Shown: positions 1 through 15,840, counted from the first letter of the stretch. The stretch is 64,000 bases of DNA from the human T2T-CHM13v2.0 reference genome, Homo sapiens (GCF_009914755.1 NC_060933.1); one strand, 5' to 3'. The notes: generated from the letters alone by a model not told the origin. Program-made: numbers and translations.

Positions 1-100
1 TCCTGCCAACTGGAAAGGTAGAGATAGAGACCTCTGCCTTCAGGGGGCTCCCATTCTTGTTGAGCCTAAGTCAGGGGAGGAGGAAAAGAATAATAATTTA

Positions 101-484
<384 letters not shown>

Positions 485-577
485 TTAAATATTTTAGCCA
501 AGGGAAATCTTCAGTTATCATTCAATTTCGTTTAAGTGGAATGGAGAGTATCAGCTTTTGCTAGGTAACGATGAGTC

Positions 578-820
578 ACATTTAATGAGTGTTTACCATA
601 TGTCAGGCTCTATCCTAAGTGCCTTATAGTTCTCTTAAGTTCTTTGATCCATAACAGCCCTATGCAATGGTACAAATATTATTCTTGTATTGAGTATGAG
701 GAAACTGAAACACAGAGGGGTTTAGTAACTTGCCCAAGGTCACATAGCTAATAAGTGGCAAGCTTGGATTTGAACCCAGGGAGGCTGGCTCCTGAGAGAG
801 AAGGAGCTCGTAAACACTAT
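578..820 (-). mobile_element. MIR
   Basis: Reverse MIR core GAGGAAACTGAAACACAGAG...GTAACTTGCCCAAGGTCACATAGCT. Confidence 0.9.
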
Positions 821-984
821 ATTTTAGGGTGTCCCATATAACAAAGACTTACTTTCTTTGGATTTTTTTACCAAGTGATCATTCATGTAATGTATGTATG
901 GACACTGTCACAGAATGTGCAGGTCAGTCAGGACAAAGTGGGAAAATCGGACACTTGATATCTTGATTCCTTCCTTTCCCCTTG

Positions 985-1460
<476 letters not shown>

Positions 1461-1984
1461 AGCTGGGCTTTTCCCAGTATCATTCTTCGTTCTTAATGAG
1501 CCCTGTATCAGACTCTTAAGTGGTTCTGAACTCTCTTTCTCTGTCTTTGTTTCACAGTCCAAAGTCTTCTTAACCAGAAAGTGCATTTCCTCTTCAGTAC
1601 CAGTAACCCCTGGTTCCAACTGCGTCAAAAACACTCCCTAGGCTTTCTCATGGCTGTCTTACCTGCTTTGCTGGGGCTATTTATGGAGGAAGAGCACAGG
1701 ATCTGTTTTGCCTTTCATCAGAGTCAGGATCAGAGCAGAGAGGCTAGGACACAAACATTGAACCCCGAGATCCGGACCACATGACTAGGGTGGCGGAAAC
1801 TGGGGCCCAGCCACAGCCAAAGCCATGGGGAGGCCATGCCAGCACAGCCATCACCCCATCATCTCCTCCCCTGGCTGTTCGTCTAATCCTCAACAGTGCT
1901 GAGATGCCACAGACTAGAAAGTGCTACAAGAAACCACACGGATTTGAGTGTCACAGTTGTGTGTGAAAAATACTGAACCAACTC

Positions 1985-2175
1985 TGGACTGGGAGTCAGG
2001 AGGCCTGGCTTCCGGGCTTGGCTCTTCCACTGACCAGCTATGAAGGTCTGGGCAAGTTGACACGCCCCTCTGGGCCTCTGTTTTCTCATGCGTGATAAGA
2101 GGTTAATCAGCTGCTTGCCTATCCTCACAGGATTACTGTGAGGCTGAAAAACAAAAGTGACAATGCTTTGGAGAT
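1985..2175 (+). mobile_element. MIR
   Basis: GGAGTCAGGAGGCCTGG...GGGCAAGTT...CTCTGGGCCTCTGTTTTCTCAT core. Confidence 0.75.
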
Positions 2176-2837
2176 AACAAAGCAGTGTAAAGATGTAAGG
2201 AATATTGTCATTGCACTGAGCTGGACCCAAGGTAGCAGCAGCTCTGGATCTCCTGCCCTGGTGATAAAGAGTTGTAGAAAAGGCTTTATCCACTCCCTTC
2301 TGCCATACCAAGACCTGCTCCCTGGAAGAGATTTGGGCAGTGGGAAAACAGAGCCCAGCCTGGGATTGTTTCCAACACCATGTGTTGGCTCTTTGGAGCA
2401 CTGTGCCAGGAGTCAGGAGCCTGGGCTTTGGGCCCTACTCTACTGCAAACAAGCTGTGTACCCCAGCTGGGCTACAGTGTGAAAACCTGACTCTGCTAGT
2501 GTGGCCTCCCCATGACTGTGCCCAGGTCACCCCAGTCACATGGTCTGGATCTTACGCCCAGCATTCCTTTCCTAGTCCCTGTGCTCTGATCCTAACCTGA
2601 TTAGAGCCAAATGAATCCTGTGCTTTCCCTCCATAAACAGCCCCAGCAAAGCAGGCTGAGCTAAGTGCTGCCACGTAGCCTCTCTTGGCTTCGGTCAGCT
2701 CTAAAAGTCTGATGCCACAATCAGATCATCAGCTTGAACACAGGGAGGTGGATCAGCTCTGAGATCTGAGGAAGGGGAAAAATGGTGGAAAAATACCTAC
2801 TAAGCATTAGGTCCTTTCCATGTAATTGATCTCACCT

Positions 2838-3245
2838 CATTTATTCAGCCCACGGTTATGCCAAGCTCTGCGGCTGGTGCCGGGTACCGGCCATAAACAA
2901 GACAGACCTGGTTTTCTGGAGATTACAGTGAAGCAGGAGAGGTGGGCGTAAAACAAATGTTCACACAAATGCAGAATGACAATTGTGGTAATGGTACAAG
3001 GAAGAGAATAGAGCTATGGGGAGGGACCTAACCAGCCCATTATGGAGCTGAAACTTGACAGAGAATAAGTAGATGCCCAGCTAGAAGGGGGCTAAGCTTC
3101 CATGCAAAGGGAACAGGCGTGAAGGCCCTGAGGTTGGAAGGAGATTGCCATGACCCAGAGACCAAGCAAGAAAGCAAGTGTGTGTAAAATGTGGTGAGCA
3201 AGAGGGGCTGTTGCTGGCACTGATGTTGAGGGCCTGGCTGAGCTC
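2838..3245 (-). mobile_element. L2 3' region
   Basis: Reverse L2 tail: CATTTATTCAG...AAACAAGACAGACCTGG... Confidence 0.65.
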
Positions 3246-3320
3246 TTTCTCTTGGCTATACTCAGAAGCAGAGGTCTTGATCTTAATCTTGGCATTCCCC
3301 CCTCCACCCCCACCCCCCCC

Positions 3321-3462
3321 TTTTTTTTGAGACAGGATTTTGCTCTGTCACCCAGGTTGGAATGCAACAGCATGATTATAGCGCACTGCAGCCTCAAACT
3401 CCTGGGCTAAAGTGATCCTCCTGCCTTGGCCTCCCAAAGTGCTGGGATTACAGGTGTGAGCT
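3321..3462 (-). mobile_element. Alu monomer (left-arm 5' / right-arm 3' hybrid, AluJ-type)
   Basis: ~140-bp single arm with T-tail; TSD TAATCTTGGCAT 3284-3295/3467-3478. Confidence 0.85.
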
Positions 3463-3889
3463 CCCCTAATCTTGGCATCCCTTTACCTTGGAATATGAGC
3501 TCCACTGACTTAGATTTTCTGCATACAATTAGAATTTCTTATTCTCTGGACAATCTGATTTATCATATTCACCAAATTTGATAAACATTCACTTTTTTTC
3601 TGAAAAACAGAAAAAAAAGACTCGTCCCTGCTCTTCTGGTCCTTGTCTGGAGGACAGGCTGAAGAGAGGGCAGCTGGTGGGGCAGACACTTGATTAAGAA
3701 ACTCAAGCAAGGCTGAGATGCATGCCACAGAAGAAGCGCAAGGGGCCAGGGTTCAAGGACCAGGTCTGACAGTTACAGGAACTTGTCGTGTTAATGGCCA
3801 CATCTTTGTAATGCTTGTCATTCCCGTGTGGGAGAGTTTCCAGGGAAAAGTATAATTTAAGCTGAGCCTTGAGATGTGATAGGACTGTT

Positions 3890-4520
3890 TATTTTTAATA
3901 CGTTTTTCCAACTTAAAAATATATGCGCCTAAAAGAAAATTTGAGAAAAAAAAGGACAAAGAAGATAATTATAACTATCCTTAATCCAGAGCAACGACAG
4001 TAAACATTTGAGGGAGTATCCTTCCAGGCTTCGTATCTATGTTTAACAACATTGAAGTCATTGTATATAGACAATTCGGCAGCACTTTCATCTTTCATTT
4101 CACACGTCAAGGGTCTTTGCCTAGGCCATTACATGTTCTTTAAAAATACAATATTTGATGGCTGTTTAATATTCAGTACTTTGGGTTTGTGTAATCACTT
4201 CATTATCAGATATTTTGGTAGTTTCCAAATTGGTTGCTACTATGAATAATGCTGAAATGAGCATTGAAGTACATAAAACCTGTGGTGGCATCTGGGTATT
4301 CCCTTAGGGCAGAATCTGAGGAGTGGAACTGCTGGGTCGAAGAGTGTGAACATTTCTATGGCCTTGGGTATTTACTGGCCCATTATGTTCCCACTCACAT
4401 TGTAGGAGCTCCTCTATCTCACTGCCACCCACCACCACTATTTTCATTTTTAAATCTTTGCCATTTTGATGGAAGACAATGCTGTTGCTGAAGAATGCCT
4501 TTCTTTGACTAAAGATGAGT
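3890..4520 (-). mobile_element. L1ME fragment
   Basis: TATGAATAATGCTG...GTGGAACTGCTGGGTC, typical of the reverse old L1 3' region. Confidence 0.65.
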
Positions 4521-5066
4521 CTGACTTCGACCAGCAAAGTGCGGGAATGGGGAGGTGAGGAAGGGCACTGAGAGAACAGTTTGCTGCTGGCATGGTTCCT
4601 TTCCAGGCAGCTCTGTGGAGGTGTCAGGAATGTTTAGGAATTGCACCAAGGCTGTGTCATGTCACGGGTAACTTCTTCTCTGCTGTCTTAAGCACTTACA
4701 GCAGCCACGGCTCAGAGCACTTCCACCTGGAAGGAGAGTGTCTGTCTGAGATACCAGTTCTGTTTGCCCCAGAACGACCTCAGGAGGTGAGGACCCGTCC
4801 CAGCCAACACCAGTGCTTTTCTCTTAAAGGATGGATTTCTACAGCAAATTTCTCCAGTGAGACGGGGAGTCTACTTTCATCTTCTCTCTGAGAAATGAAA
4901 TATGGTGAGGTGGGATTTGGGAATAAAAAGTTTTTGGAACATGACTTCAAAAACAGGACTTGGTATACTACTGGATAAAGCATAAAGTGGTTTACCCTTT
5001 TTGGAGGTCAATTTGGTCATATGTCTCAAATTGTAATGAATACTCTTTAACTCAATAATTTTACTT

Positions 5067-5362
5067 TTTTTTTTTCTTTTGGAGACAGGATGTTGCTCTG
5101 TCGCCTGGAGCTGGAATGCAGTGGTGTGATAATGGCTCACTACAGCTTCAATCTCCTGGGCTTAGGTGATCCTCCTGCCTCAGCCTCCTGAGTAGCTGGG
5201 ACCACAGGCACATGCCACCATGCCTGGATAATTTTTTTAAGTAGACATGAGTTCTCACTATGTTGCTCAGTCTGGTCTTGTGATTCTCCTGGGCTCAAGT
5301 GATTCTCCCACTTTTGCCTCCCAAAGTGCCGGGATTATAGGCATGAGCCTCTGCACCCAGCT
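5067..5362 (-). mobile_element. AluJ
   Basis: J-type right arm; TSD ATAATTTTACTT on both sides. Confidence 0.93.
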
Positions 5363-5422
5363 CCATAATTTTACTTCTAAGAATGTATTTGAGGAAGTAA
5401 ACAGAGAAGAATGCAAAAATGT

Positions 5423-5491
5423 GCTGACTCTGGGTACACTGCCTATGAGTTAGCCCTGCTCCACAGGGATCAGTAATAAAAAAAAAAAAAA
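5423..5491 (+). mobile_element. Short polyadenylated retrocopy (~52 nt plus A-tail), LTR10-like R-region hairpin
   Basis: 12-bp TSD TGCAAAAATGTG 5412-5423/5493-5504, A-tail 5475-5491; LTR10 similarity is from memory. Confidence 0.75.
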
Positions 5492-5672
5492 GTGCAAAAA
5501 TGTGTGCACAAGGATGTGTACAGAAGGGAGTATTGTGGGTGTTAGTGAAAAGAATGGAAACAATCTAAGTAGGTGTCATCTATGTGCCTGAGAAATGAAG
5601 ACATTTGCATGAGAAATTGTATGGAAGTCTGGGTTGAGGAAAGGGCCAATACTGGCTAAGAAAAAACTGTCT

Positions 5673-5976
5673 TGACCGGGCATGGTGGCTCACGCCTGTA
5701 ATCTCAACACTTTGGGAGACCGAGGCAGGCAATCACCTGAGGTCAGGAGTTCGAGACCAGCCTGATCAATGTGGTGAAACCTCATCTCCACTAAAAAATA
5801 CAAAAATTAGCCGGGTGTGGTGGCACATGCCTGTAATCCCAACTACTTGGGAGGCTGAGGCAGGAGAATTGCTTGAACCTGGGAGGTGAGGTTGCGGGGA
5901 GCTGAGATCATGCCACTGCACTTTAGCCTGGGTGACAGGATGAGACTCTGTCTCAAAATAAATAAATAATAAAAAA
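5673..5976 (+). mobile_element. AluS
   Basis: Full dimer; 15-bp TSD AAGAAAAAACTGTCT 5658-5672/5977-5991. Confidence 0.95.
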
Positions 5977-6499
5977 AAGAAAAAACTGTCTCGAAAATAT
6001 CCAGCAGAGCCTCCTGCCTAACACCCAAGATGAGCCCTTCCTCCCTGATCACATTTGGCCTCAACAGCTTGCAAAGCAAAGCATGGCTTGAGCCTACCAC
6101 GGGCAGGGACACGGTCGGCAGCCCATGTTAATCTGCATCCATGAGTAGGGAAAATGAGTCATTCAGCCAGGAGGGCGAGGCCTCTGTTGGGCACCAGTCT
6201 CTCCTGGTGCCTCTCAAGCTACTAATGTGGCCAGTAGGATAGTAGTTATTTTTCTTGGCCTGAACCATTCCAATAGGGGATCTGAATATCCCATTATCAG
6301 GCTAGTGTGCTATCCAAAACCCCTAATGAAGCATGGACAGAAAAATATCATCATATATCTTTCATGTGATTCAAAAGTTCCTAATCAGAGGACCAACCAG
6401 AGGAACTGTCTCTCTCAGAGATATATTGCAGGGAATAGAAGAAAATATTAGAAAATATTGAATTCCAAATGACAACAAACTTTGAGAGAACATTGCCTT

Positions 6500-7313
6500 T
6501 ATTCATCATTCAAAAAGCATGTATTGAGTGTCCACCCTATGCTAACAGTGAACAAGACAGGCAAAGTCTCTGTTCTCATGGGGTTTACCTTCTAGGGTGG
6601 GAAGAAAGATAACAGAGAAGCAAATAATAAATGATGAATATGGAGTGCTGTGGTGTGGACTAATAGGCTAATGAGGCAGAGCGACTGAGGGAGGCACACT
6701 GGGGATAGTGAGAGTGCTTGTGGGGAATTGTGAGCTTAGACTTGGCATCTGAGAATGGACCAGCCCTGCAAACTAGGGGGTCTCAGGCAGGGGGAACAAG
6801 TACCAGGACAGAACAGAGGCCAGCCTTGCTTCAGCACAAAACAGGGAGACAGACGTGGGTGAGGGGGAAGAGGTGGGCAGGAACTAGGTCATCCAGGGTC
6901 TTATTCATTCTGAGAGCAGTCAGGCACAGTGGTTCATACCAGTAATCCCAGCACTTTGGGAGGCTGAAGTGGGAAGATTGCTTGAGGCCAGGAGTTCAAA
7001 ACCAGCCTGGGCAACATAGCAAGACCCCATCTCTACAAAAAAATTTTAAAAAATTAGGGGGGAATGGTGGAGCACACCTGTAGTCCTAGCTACTCGAGGC
7101 TGAGGCAGGAGGATCCCTTAAGCCCAGGAGGTTGAGGCTGCAGTGAGCTATGATCACATGACTGCACTCCAGCCTGCGTGACAGAGGAGACCCTGTCTCA
7201 AAAAACAAACAAGCAAACAATCAAACAACAAAAAACCTCAACAAAACCCAAAAGCCATTCTAAGGGCAATTGGGGATTACTGAAGAGCTTTAAACAGGAG
7301 AGGAACATATATG

Positions 7314-7315
<2 letters not shown>
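6500..7315 (-). mobile_element. L2, interrupted by AluJ
   Basis: ATTCATCATTC...TATTGAGTG...GTGAACAAGACAGGCAAAG; resumes at GAAGAGCTTTAAACAGGAG. Confidence 0.7.
6918..7250 (+). mobile_element. AluJ
   Basis: GAGGCTGCAGTGAGCTATGATC J-diagnostic right arm; (AAAC)n tail. Confidence 0.93.
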
Positions 7316-7316
<1 letters not shown>

Positions 7317-7368
<52 letters not shown>

Positions 7369-7370
7369 TG
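7317..7370. repeat. (TG)n microsatellite
   Basis: ~22 perfect TG units plus an imperfect end. Confidence 0.98.
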
Positions 7371-7374
7371 CTGT

Positions 7375-8462
<1,088 letters not shown>

Positions 8463-8508
8463 TGAGAGAAGTGCTCAGCTGGCTGAGTTGATAGAAATGG
8501 GTAGGAGG

Positions 8509-8863
<355 letters not shown>

Positions 8864-8899
8864 TCAGAGTGAAATAATGTCTAGAAGTAGATACTCTGG

Positions 8900-9260
8900 G
8901 CTGCATCAGACACTCATGAGGTTTTGTGTCCTGGAGTATGTTTAGGGTGGTGAAACTATCTTGTGTTAGAGCAAGGGGAGGGCTGGGGCTGTTCAGCTGA
9001 AGAATGAGAGACAGGAGACATGAGCACTGTCTGCAGATCTCTAAAGGGCTGCCCTGGGGCAGAGAGAGCAGGTCTGTGAGGCCCCCCAGAGCAGAGGTAT
9101 GTCCAGTAGTCAAAGATACAGAGAAAGAGACCTCAGCTCAAGCATTGAAAAGATCTCAGTAACAGGCTGAGCATCCAAGAATGCAAACTTGGGCATATGT
9201 CTGTAGGTAGTGAGTCCCCAGAAAGGGCCAGGTTGGAAGAATTCCAGGAAGTGTTTTGCA
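8900..9260 (+). mobile_element. L3/CR1 LINE 3' fragment
   Basis: CTGGGGCTGTTCAGCTGAAGAA...TGTCTGCAGATCTCTAAAGGGCTG...AGGTAGTGAGTCCCC resembles the L3 3' end. Confidence 0.65.
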
Positions 9261-9344
9261 CAATACCTGCAATGATGTTCTCTCAAAGTTGTGTTGGAGC
9301 TGATGGGGTTATCATGTCTTCAGATCTGCCCTTTCTTCATTCCA

Positions 9345-9760
9345 GAGCTCTGCCACCCACCTAGCTGGGAAACCAGAAACCTGGGCACTCTCCTAGACTC
9401 TTTCTCCTCTCCCACTCATGGCAATCAATCAATCAATCAACCAAACACCAGGTCCCATCCAGGACAACCGTAGGATATCTCTGGCATCTGGCCCCTTTTC
9501 TCCATCTATTGCTGCCATCTTCACTCAGATCTTCATAATTTCTTGTCCTGGCCTCTGTTATAGCTTCAGGTCTGTCTGTTAGCAATCTAACTGCAAGCTG
9601 ATCATGTTAAGCCCCTTGATGAAATATTTGCCCTTTCTCCATAGTTTCAGGATAAAGCATGGACACCTTAACATGATATTCAACCCACCTCTCCAGGCTC
9701 ACTGTTTTCCAGGTACTTTAGCCTCCAGCCGCATGTCACTGGCACCTGCCTTTGTTTTTG
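9345..9760 (+). mobile_element. L2
   Basis: CCAGAAACCTGGG...CTAGACTC...TGATCATGT...CAGGATAAAG. Confidence 0.7.
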
Positions 9761-9761
9761 C

Positions 9762-10365
9762 TGAGAGTTCCCACATATACAACTCATGCATCCCAGCTTC
9801 CCCTATTATCTACATCTTAACCAATGTGTTATGTTTGTCAGAATCAGGAACCGATGTTGGTACATTATTATTAAGTTCATAGTTTACCTTAAAATTCACT
9901 GTTTGTATTATACATTCTATAGATTTTTGTTTTGAGACAGGGTCTTACTTTGTCACTCACACTAGAGTGCAGTGGCATGATCATAGCTCACTGCAGTCCT
10001 GAACCCTTGGCTCAAGCGATCCTCCTGCCTCAGTCTCCTGAGTAGCTAAGACTACAGGTGTGCACCACCAAGCTTTGCCAATTAAAATTTTTTTTTTTTT
10101 TTTTTTTGGAGACAGGGTCTTGCTATGTTGCTGAGGCTGGTCTTGAATTCCTGGCTTCAAGCAATCCTCCCACCTTGTGCTCCTAAACTGCTGGGATTCC
10201 AGGTCTAAGCCACTGTGCCTAGCTCTATAGGGTCTGACAAATATATGATGACATGTATCCATCATTACTGTATCATACAGAAGAGTTTCACTGCCCTAAA
10301 AATCCTGTGCTTCATTTATTTCTCCCTTGCCCCAACCTCTCCATGAGTCCCTAGCAATGACTTTT
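9762..10365 (-). mobile_element. L1MC/MD 3' end, interrupted by AluJ
   Basis: GACAAATATATGATGACATGTATCCATCATTACTGTATCATACAGAAGAGTTTCACTGCCCTAAAAATCC. Confidence 0.8.
9924..10223 (-). mobile_element. AluJ
   Basis: J-type arms; short TSD CTATAG. Confidence 0.93.
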
Positions 10366-10397
10366 CCTGGCTTTTTATATGTTAAAAACCTACCCTG

Positions 10398-10714
<317 letters not shown>

Positions 10715-10834
10715 TTAGGAAACCTTCATATATTTTTCTGTGCTGGGTTCTCTCTCTCTTTCTGTCTCTGTGTGTCTCTCCCTGTCTCCCTCCTTCTTCC
10801 CCTACACACCAACCCTGCTGGATAGATTTTACCT

Positions 10835-11281
<447 letters not shown>

Positions 11282-12204
11282 CAGAGCCCTTTTCTTAAGC
11301 CCTTGACCGTGTGCACTGTCCGCCTTCCCTCTAGATTGAGAACTTGAGATCAGGGACTATTTCCAATTCAGGTCTGGGTTTTCAGAATCTAACCCAAAAC
11401 CCCAAACAGAGCAAGGATTCAAGATAAATATGCATGGATTGAAAAATATTTTGTTTATTGGAATGCTAATGACTAGCTGGAAGCATTAAAGAAGAAAAAT
11501 ATCTGGAGTCTTTGGGCTGTCTGCAGGAAAAGATGTTTACCCCACGCACTCCGGCAGACCCTCTGAGCTCAGCCTCTTGAGTGAACTTAATTCCAGTGCC
11601 AATGACCCGGGGGTGTGTATGTGTGCTTGCTAGTTCAGGAGCTCCATTGCCCCCATACCTAGGACGCTCTTAAGAGGGAAACAGGCTCCTTCATCCCAGG
11701 CTGGAGAGGCCTGGAGAGGCCCATCCTTCCCATCTGGGCTTCCCTGGAGAGGGGCCAGGCCTGGGTGTGCTCACGTGTGTGCACTTGAGCTCAGCGCCTT
11801 CTCTCTTCAGCCATCACCCCACCAGATGCATAGTTCTTCTCTCTGCTAATGCAATTTATATGTCTGAGCATGAACAGAGGATTTGTGAGCCTTCAAGGCA
11901 GTGGCTTTGGAAATTACCACGACAGGCCAGGGCTGCTGGATAGAGAATTGGGGTTTAGGAGACTTTGGAGGAATTATTTTCAAAGGTGAGGAGGCTCCTC
12001 CTGGACAGGAGGAAGAGCATATTCTGGGCTCTGAGAAGCCCACACCTATCCCATGTCCTCCCCCAGGCCCTTCCAAGATTCCTTTTAAGACATCCCCAAT
12101 AAGACTTTGTGGCTTAACAATGCATAGGACGGGAGCTCCTCACTGTGATGGAGCAGAGGTTCATTTAACAGGATCAGCTGTTCGGGGAGGTGAGGTGGGA
12201 ATGA

Positions 12205-12980
<776 letters not shown>

Positions 12981-14079
12981 TATCATCTGTCTTGACTGAC
13001 AATTACAAGTCTGTTGACTTTCTCTGCACATCCAGGGGCCATAGTGCCTTCCATGTCTGTCTAGAAAGGCCCTTTCTGAACCCATTCTGACCTTGTCTTT
13101 TTCCTGCTTAAGAAAACTCTTATGGCTCCCTGTCACCTACCAAGATAAAACGTAAACTCCTTACTGCCTTCCGCCTTCTTAGTCTTACTTCCTCTTCCTT
13201 TAAGGACATGTCACACTGCAGTATCAGAGTCGAGGACTGCAGCTCCCAGTGTCAAGCATTTCTTGTCCATATTTCTTGTGTATCATTATCCATCTTTCTC
13301 CCTCCCAAGATGAGGGTGGTTTTCTTAGTGAATTTTGAAAAGCGTGATATCTTGATCTAGTTAAGAACAAACTCTAAGGAAAAACACGATAATAATTTTT
13401 TTCTTCATGCCTTGAAAACCACCTGAGTTTTGCCATGGATTTATTCACTGTTTTCCTATGAGCCATAGCGGTAGAATGATCAGAGCATTGTATTGTATTT
13501 CTTTGCAATTTCCCTGTGCTGGGTTGCAGGTCTGGAAAATGATAGATGCCTAAAATTGATCAGGGTAATCGATGCTACGTGAAGTATTTACACATGATGG
13601 ATGTATCATCTGCCAGATGTGGGTGTTGGCAACAGCTTGCTTGTTTATAAAACCCCTGAGATCCCATTTGTATGAGTGACTAATGTTTGCACACAGAGCT
13701 GTTGGCTGTGTTTCTGAAATGACTATTTATTCGACATGATCACCTTTCTCCTTTACTTCCCCATTCATCACAAGCCCTGCTGCTCTTTCCTACATAACAA
13801 AATCAGAGTTTTATTCAATCTTCTTTCTCCTTGAACTCTGTGATATATGGAGGTGGTTTTATTTTGCATTTCCAACTGGCTTCCAGTCTTGCCTCCCCTC
13901 TGATTTGAAACTCACATGTTGCTGGTGTTCTGTCATGAGGCTTTAACTGCACCTGCAATATAGACTCTAAACCCCCAAGGACAGCATTTAGAGTCTTCCC
14001 CAGCCTGGCCTCAGCTGACATTTCCAGATGTACATTGTACCGAGGACTCCAGCACTGGAAAGCGATGTTCTTTTTATAA

Positions 14080-14460
14080 GTGACCCAAGCTCCCTAGCTT
14101 ATACTCACAGGGATATTTACTGACAGGTCCTGGCATAGGACACAGAATTGGAGAAAGGCCTGCCTGAACCAGCCCAGCTCTGGGGACCTCTGAGACTGAA
14201 ACTAGGGTCTCCAAAACCATGAGCAACTGTCATCTCCCCGTTTCTGCTTGTCTTGTGTAATGGCCTCATTCTCTCCTGAAGACAGGTTTTCTCTACATAG
14301 TAGGAATGTGGCCCTCATCAGTCTAACTCCTCATCAAGGAAAGTGTTTTCTCCCTGCTGCTCTAGAGGAGGGACACTGGTTAGCCTGGATTGGGTCAGTG
14401 CAGCCCTGGACCGGTTACTAAATCTGGGGGCTGGGGAGTTGTAACTGACCTAGCCAGCAT
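14080..14460 (-). mobile_element. Old MaLR LTR (MLT1J/K/L-like)
   Basis: GGCCTCATTCTCTCC...GGTTTTCTCTACA...CTGGTTAGCCTGGATTGGGTCA. Confidence 0.55.
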
Positions 14461-14525
14461 CACTGGCCTGACTCTGTGGTCAGGAGGACGGCGGAATAGA
14501 CTCTTAGAAGAAGGGAGGAGAAGGA

Positions 14526-14838
14526 GTAGGCACGGTGGCTCCCATCTATAATCCCAGCACTTTGGGAGGCTGTGATGGGAAGATCGCTTGAGGCCAGGAG
14601 TTCAAGATCAGCCTGGGCAACATACTGAGATCCTCTCTCTACCAAAACAAAAACAAACAAACAAACAAACAAAAAACCAGGCAGGTGTGGTGGCATGCGC
14701 CTGTAGTCCTAGCTACTCAGGAGGTTGAGGTAAGAGGGTCACTCAAGCCCAGGAGTTGGAGGTTGCAGTGAGCTATTATCACATCATTGCACTCCATCCT
14801 GGTTGATAGAGTGATACAGTGTCTCTAAAAAAAAAAAT
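14526..14838 (+). mobile_element. AluJ
   Basis: J-type arms, (AAAC)n linker. Confidence 0.92.
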
Positions 14839-14922
14839 CAAGAAGAAGAACAGTAGGAGGAGGAAAGAAGGAGGAGGAGGAGAAGGTGGGAGGGGGAGGA
14901 GAAGGAGGAGGGAGGAGGGGAG
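14839..14922. repeat. GA-rich low-complexity tract
   Basis: (GGA)n/(GAA)n purine run after the Alu tail. Confidence 0.85.
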
Positions 14923-14984
14923 TGTATCGGTCAGACAGAGCTGTGGCTACGTTCCTGCTCTGCACATCCTAGCCACAGTGCATG

Positions 14985-15420
14985 TGCCATTAGTTAAGCA
15001 CTTACTGGGCACCAACCTTCTGTGCCAGGCTCCAGCCTTTCTTCAATGGAGCTCACAATCTGATGGAGGAAACAAATGCCCAAACAGATCATTCAAGTGC
15101 AGGGGGTAGAGTGCACCAGTGTTGGCGACTCAGTGTGTTGTCAGAACCTGGGCGGGAGGCTTTGAACTCAACCTCTTCAGTCAAGGAGGCCTCCTGAAAG
15201 AGTGACAGGGACCCCAGTCTTGGAGGGAACAGAAGGAGTGAGCTAGGTGATGAAGGAGGAATGTGCATTCCACGTGCGCAGCAAGGTGAAGGTGTAAGAC
15301 CAGGCCTGTGCCCAGGAGAATCAGCAGCTCCGGAAGGTTAGGGCATGGAGTGTGGAGGTGGACAGGGACAGGAAGGGTGGGAGGGCTTGGAAATGCCTCC
15401 CCTTTGGCCTTGGCTCTTGC
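14985..15420 (-). mobile_element. L2
   Basis: AAGCACTTACTGGGCACC...TGGAGCTCACAATCTGATGG...TCAAGGAGGCCTCCTGAAAGAG. Confidence 0.7.
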
Positions 15421-15835
15421 CTGTCCCTCCTGCCATCCACACAATGAAATCTGACTCAGCCTCAAGGCAAGCTCTGCAGCAGACCTGCCATTTTGAATCC
15501 TTCAGTGGAGAATCACAGTGTCCTCAGGGATTCTGCGGCATCTTACAGGTGCCTCTGTTCTAGACTTTCATGTTCTGCCTTGCTTTCAGTTATTTATTTA
15601 CACATCTGAGGTCCTTTACTACATCAAAAGACCCTTGAATGCAGGAACCATGCCCTAAACATCCTTCTATCTTACACAGCTCCTTGTTCAGTGTTCAGAA
15701 AATAACTGAATTGTGATCACTTGGCTAATTGGACAGTTTTTCCACCTTGGGAGCAACTACCAAAATGACATTGGTTTCATGTAAGTTGAAAGAATTTTAA
15801 AAGTTATCTATTAACATTTTTTCAACATATCCAAT

Positions 15836-15840
<5 letters not shown>

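Larger units (their letters stand above)
4975..5585 (+). mobile_element. L1ME fragment (host of an AluJ and a short retrocopy)
   Basis: TTTTGGAGGTCAATTTGG...AATAATTTTACTTCTAAGAAT...GGAAACAATCTAA. Confidence 0.55.

Noticed and set aside
1531-1557. Strong polypyrimidine tract plus CAG acceptor
   Set aside because: No convincing downstream donor; isolated acceptors are common.
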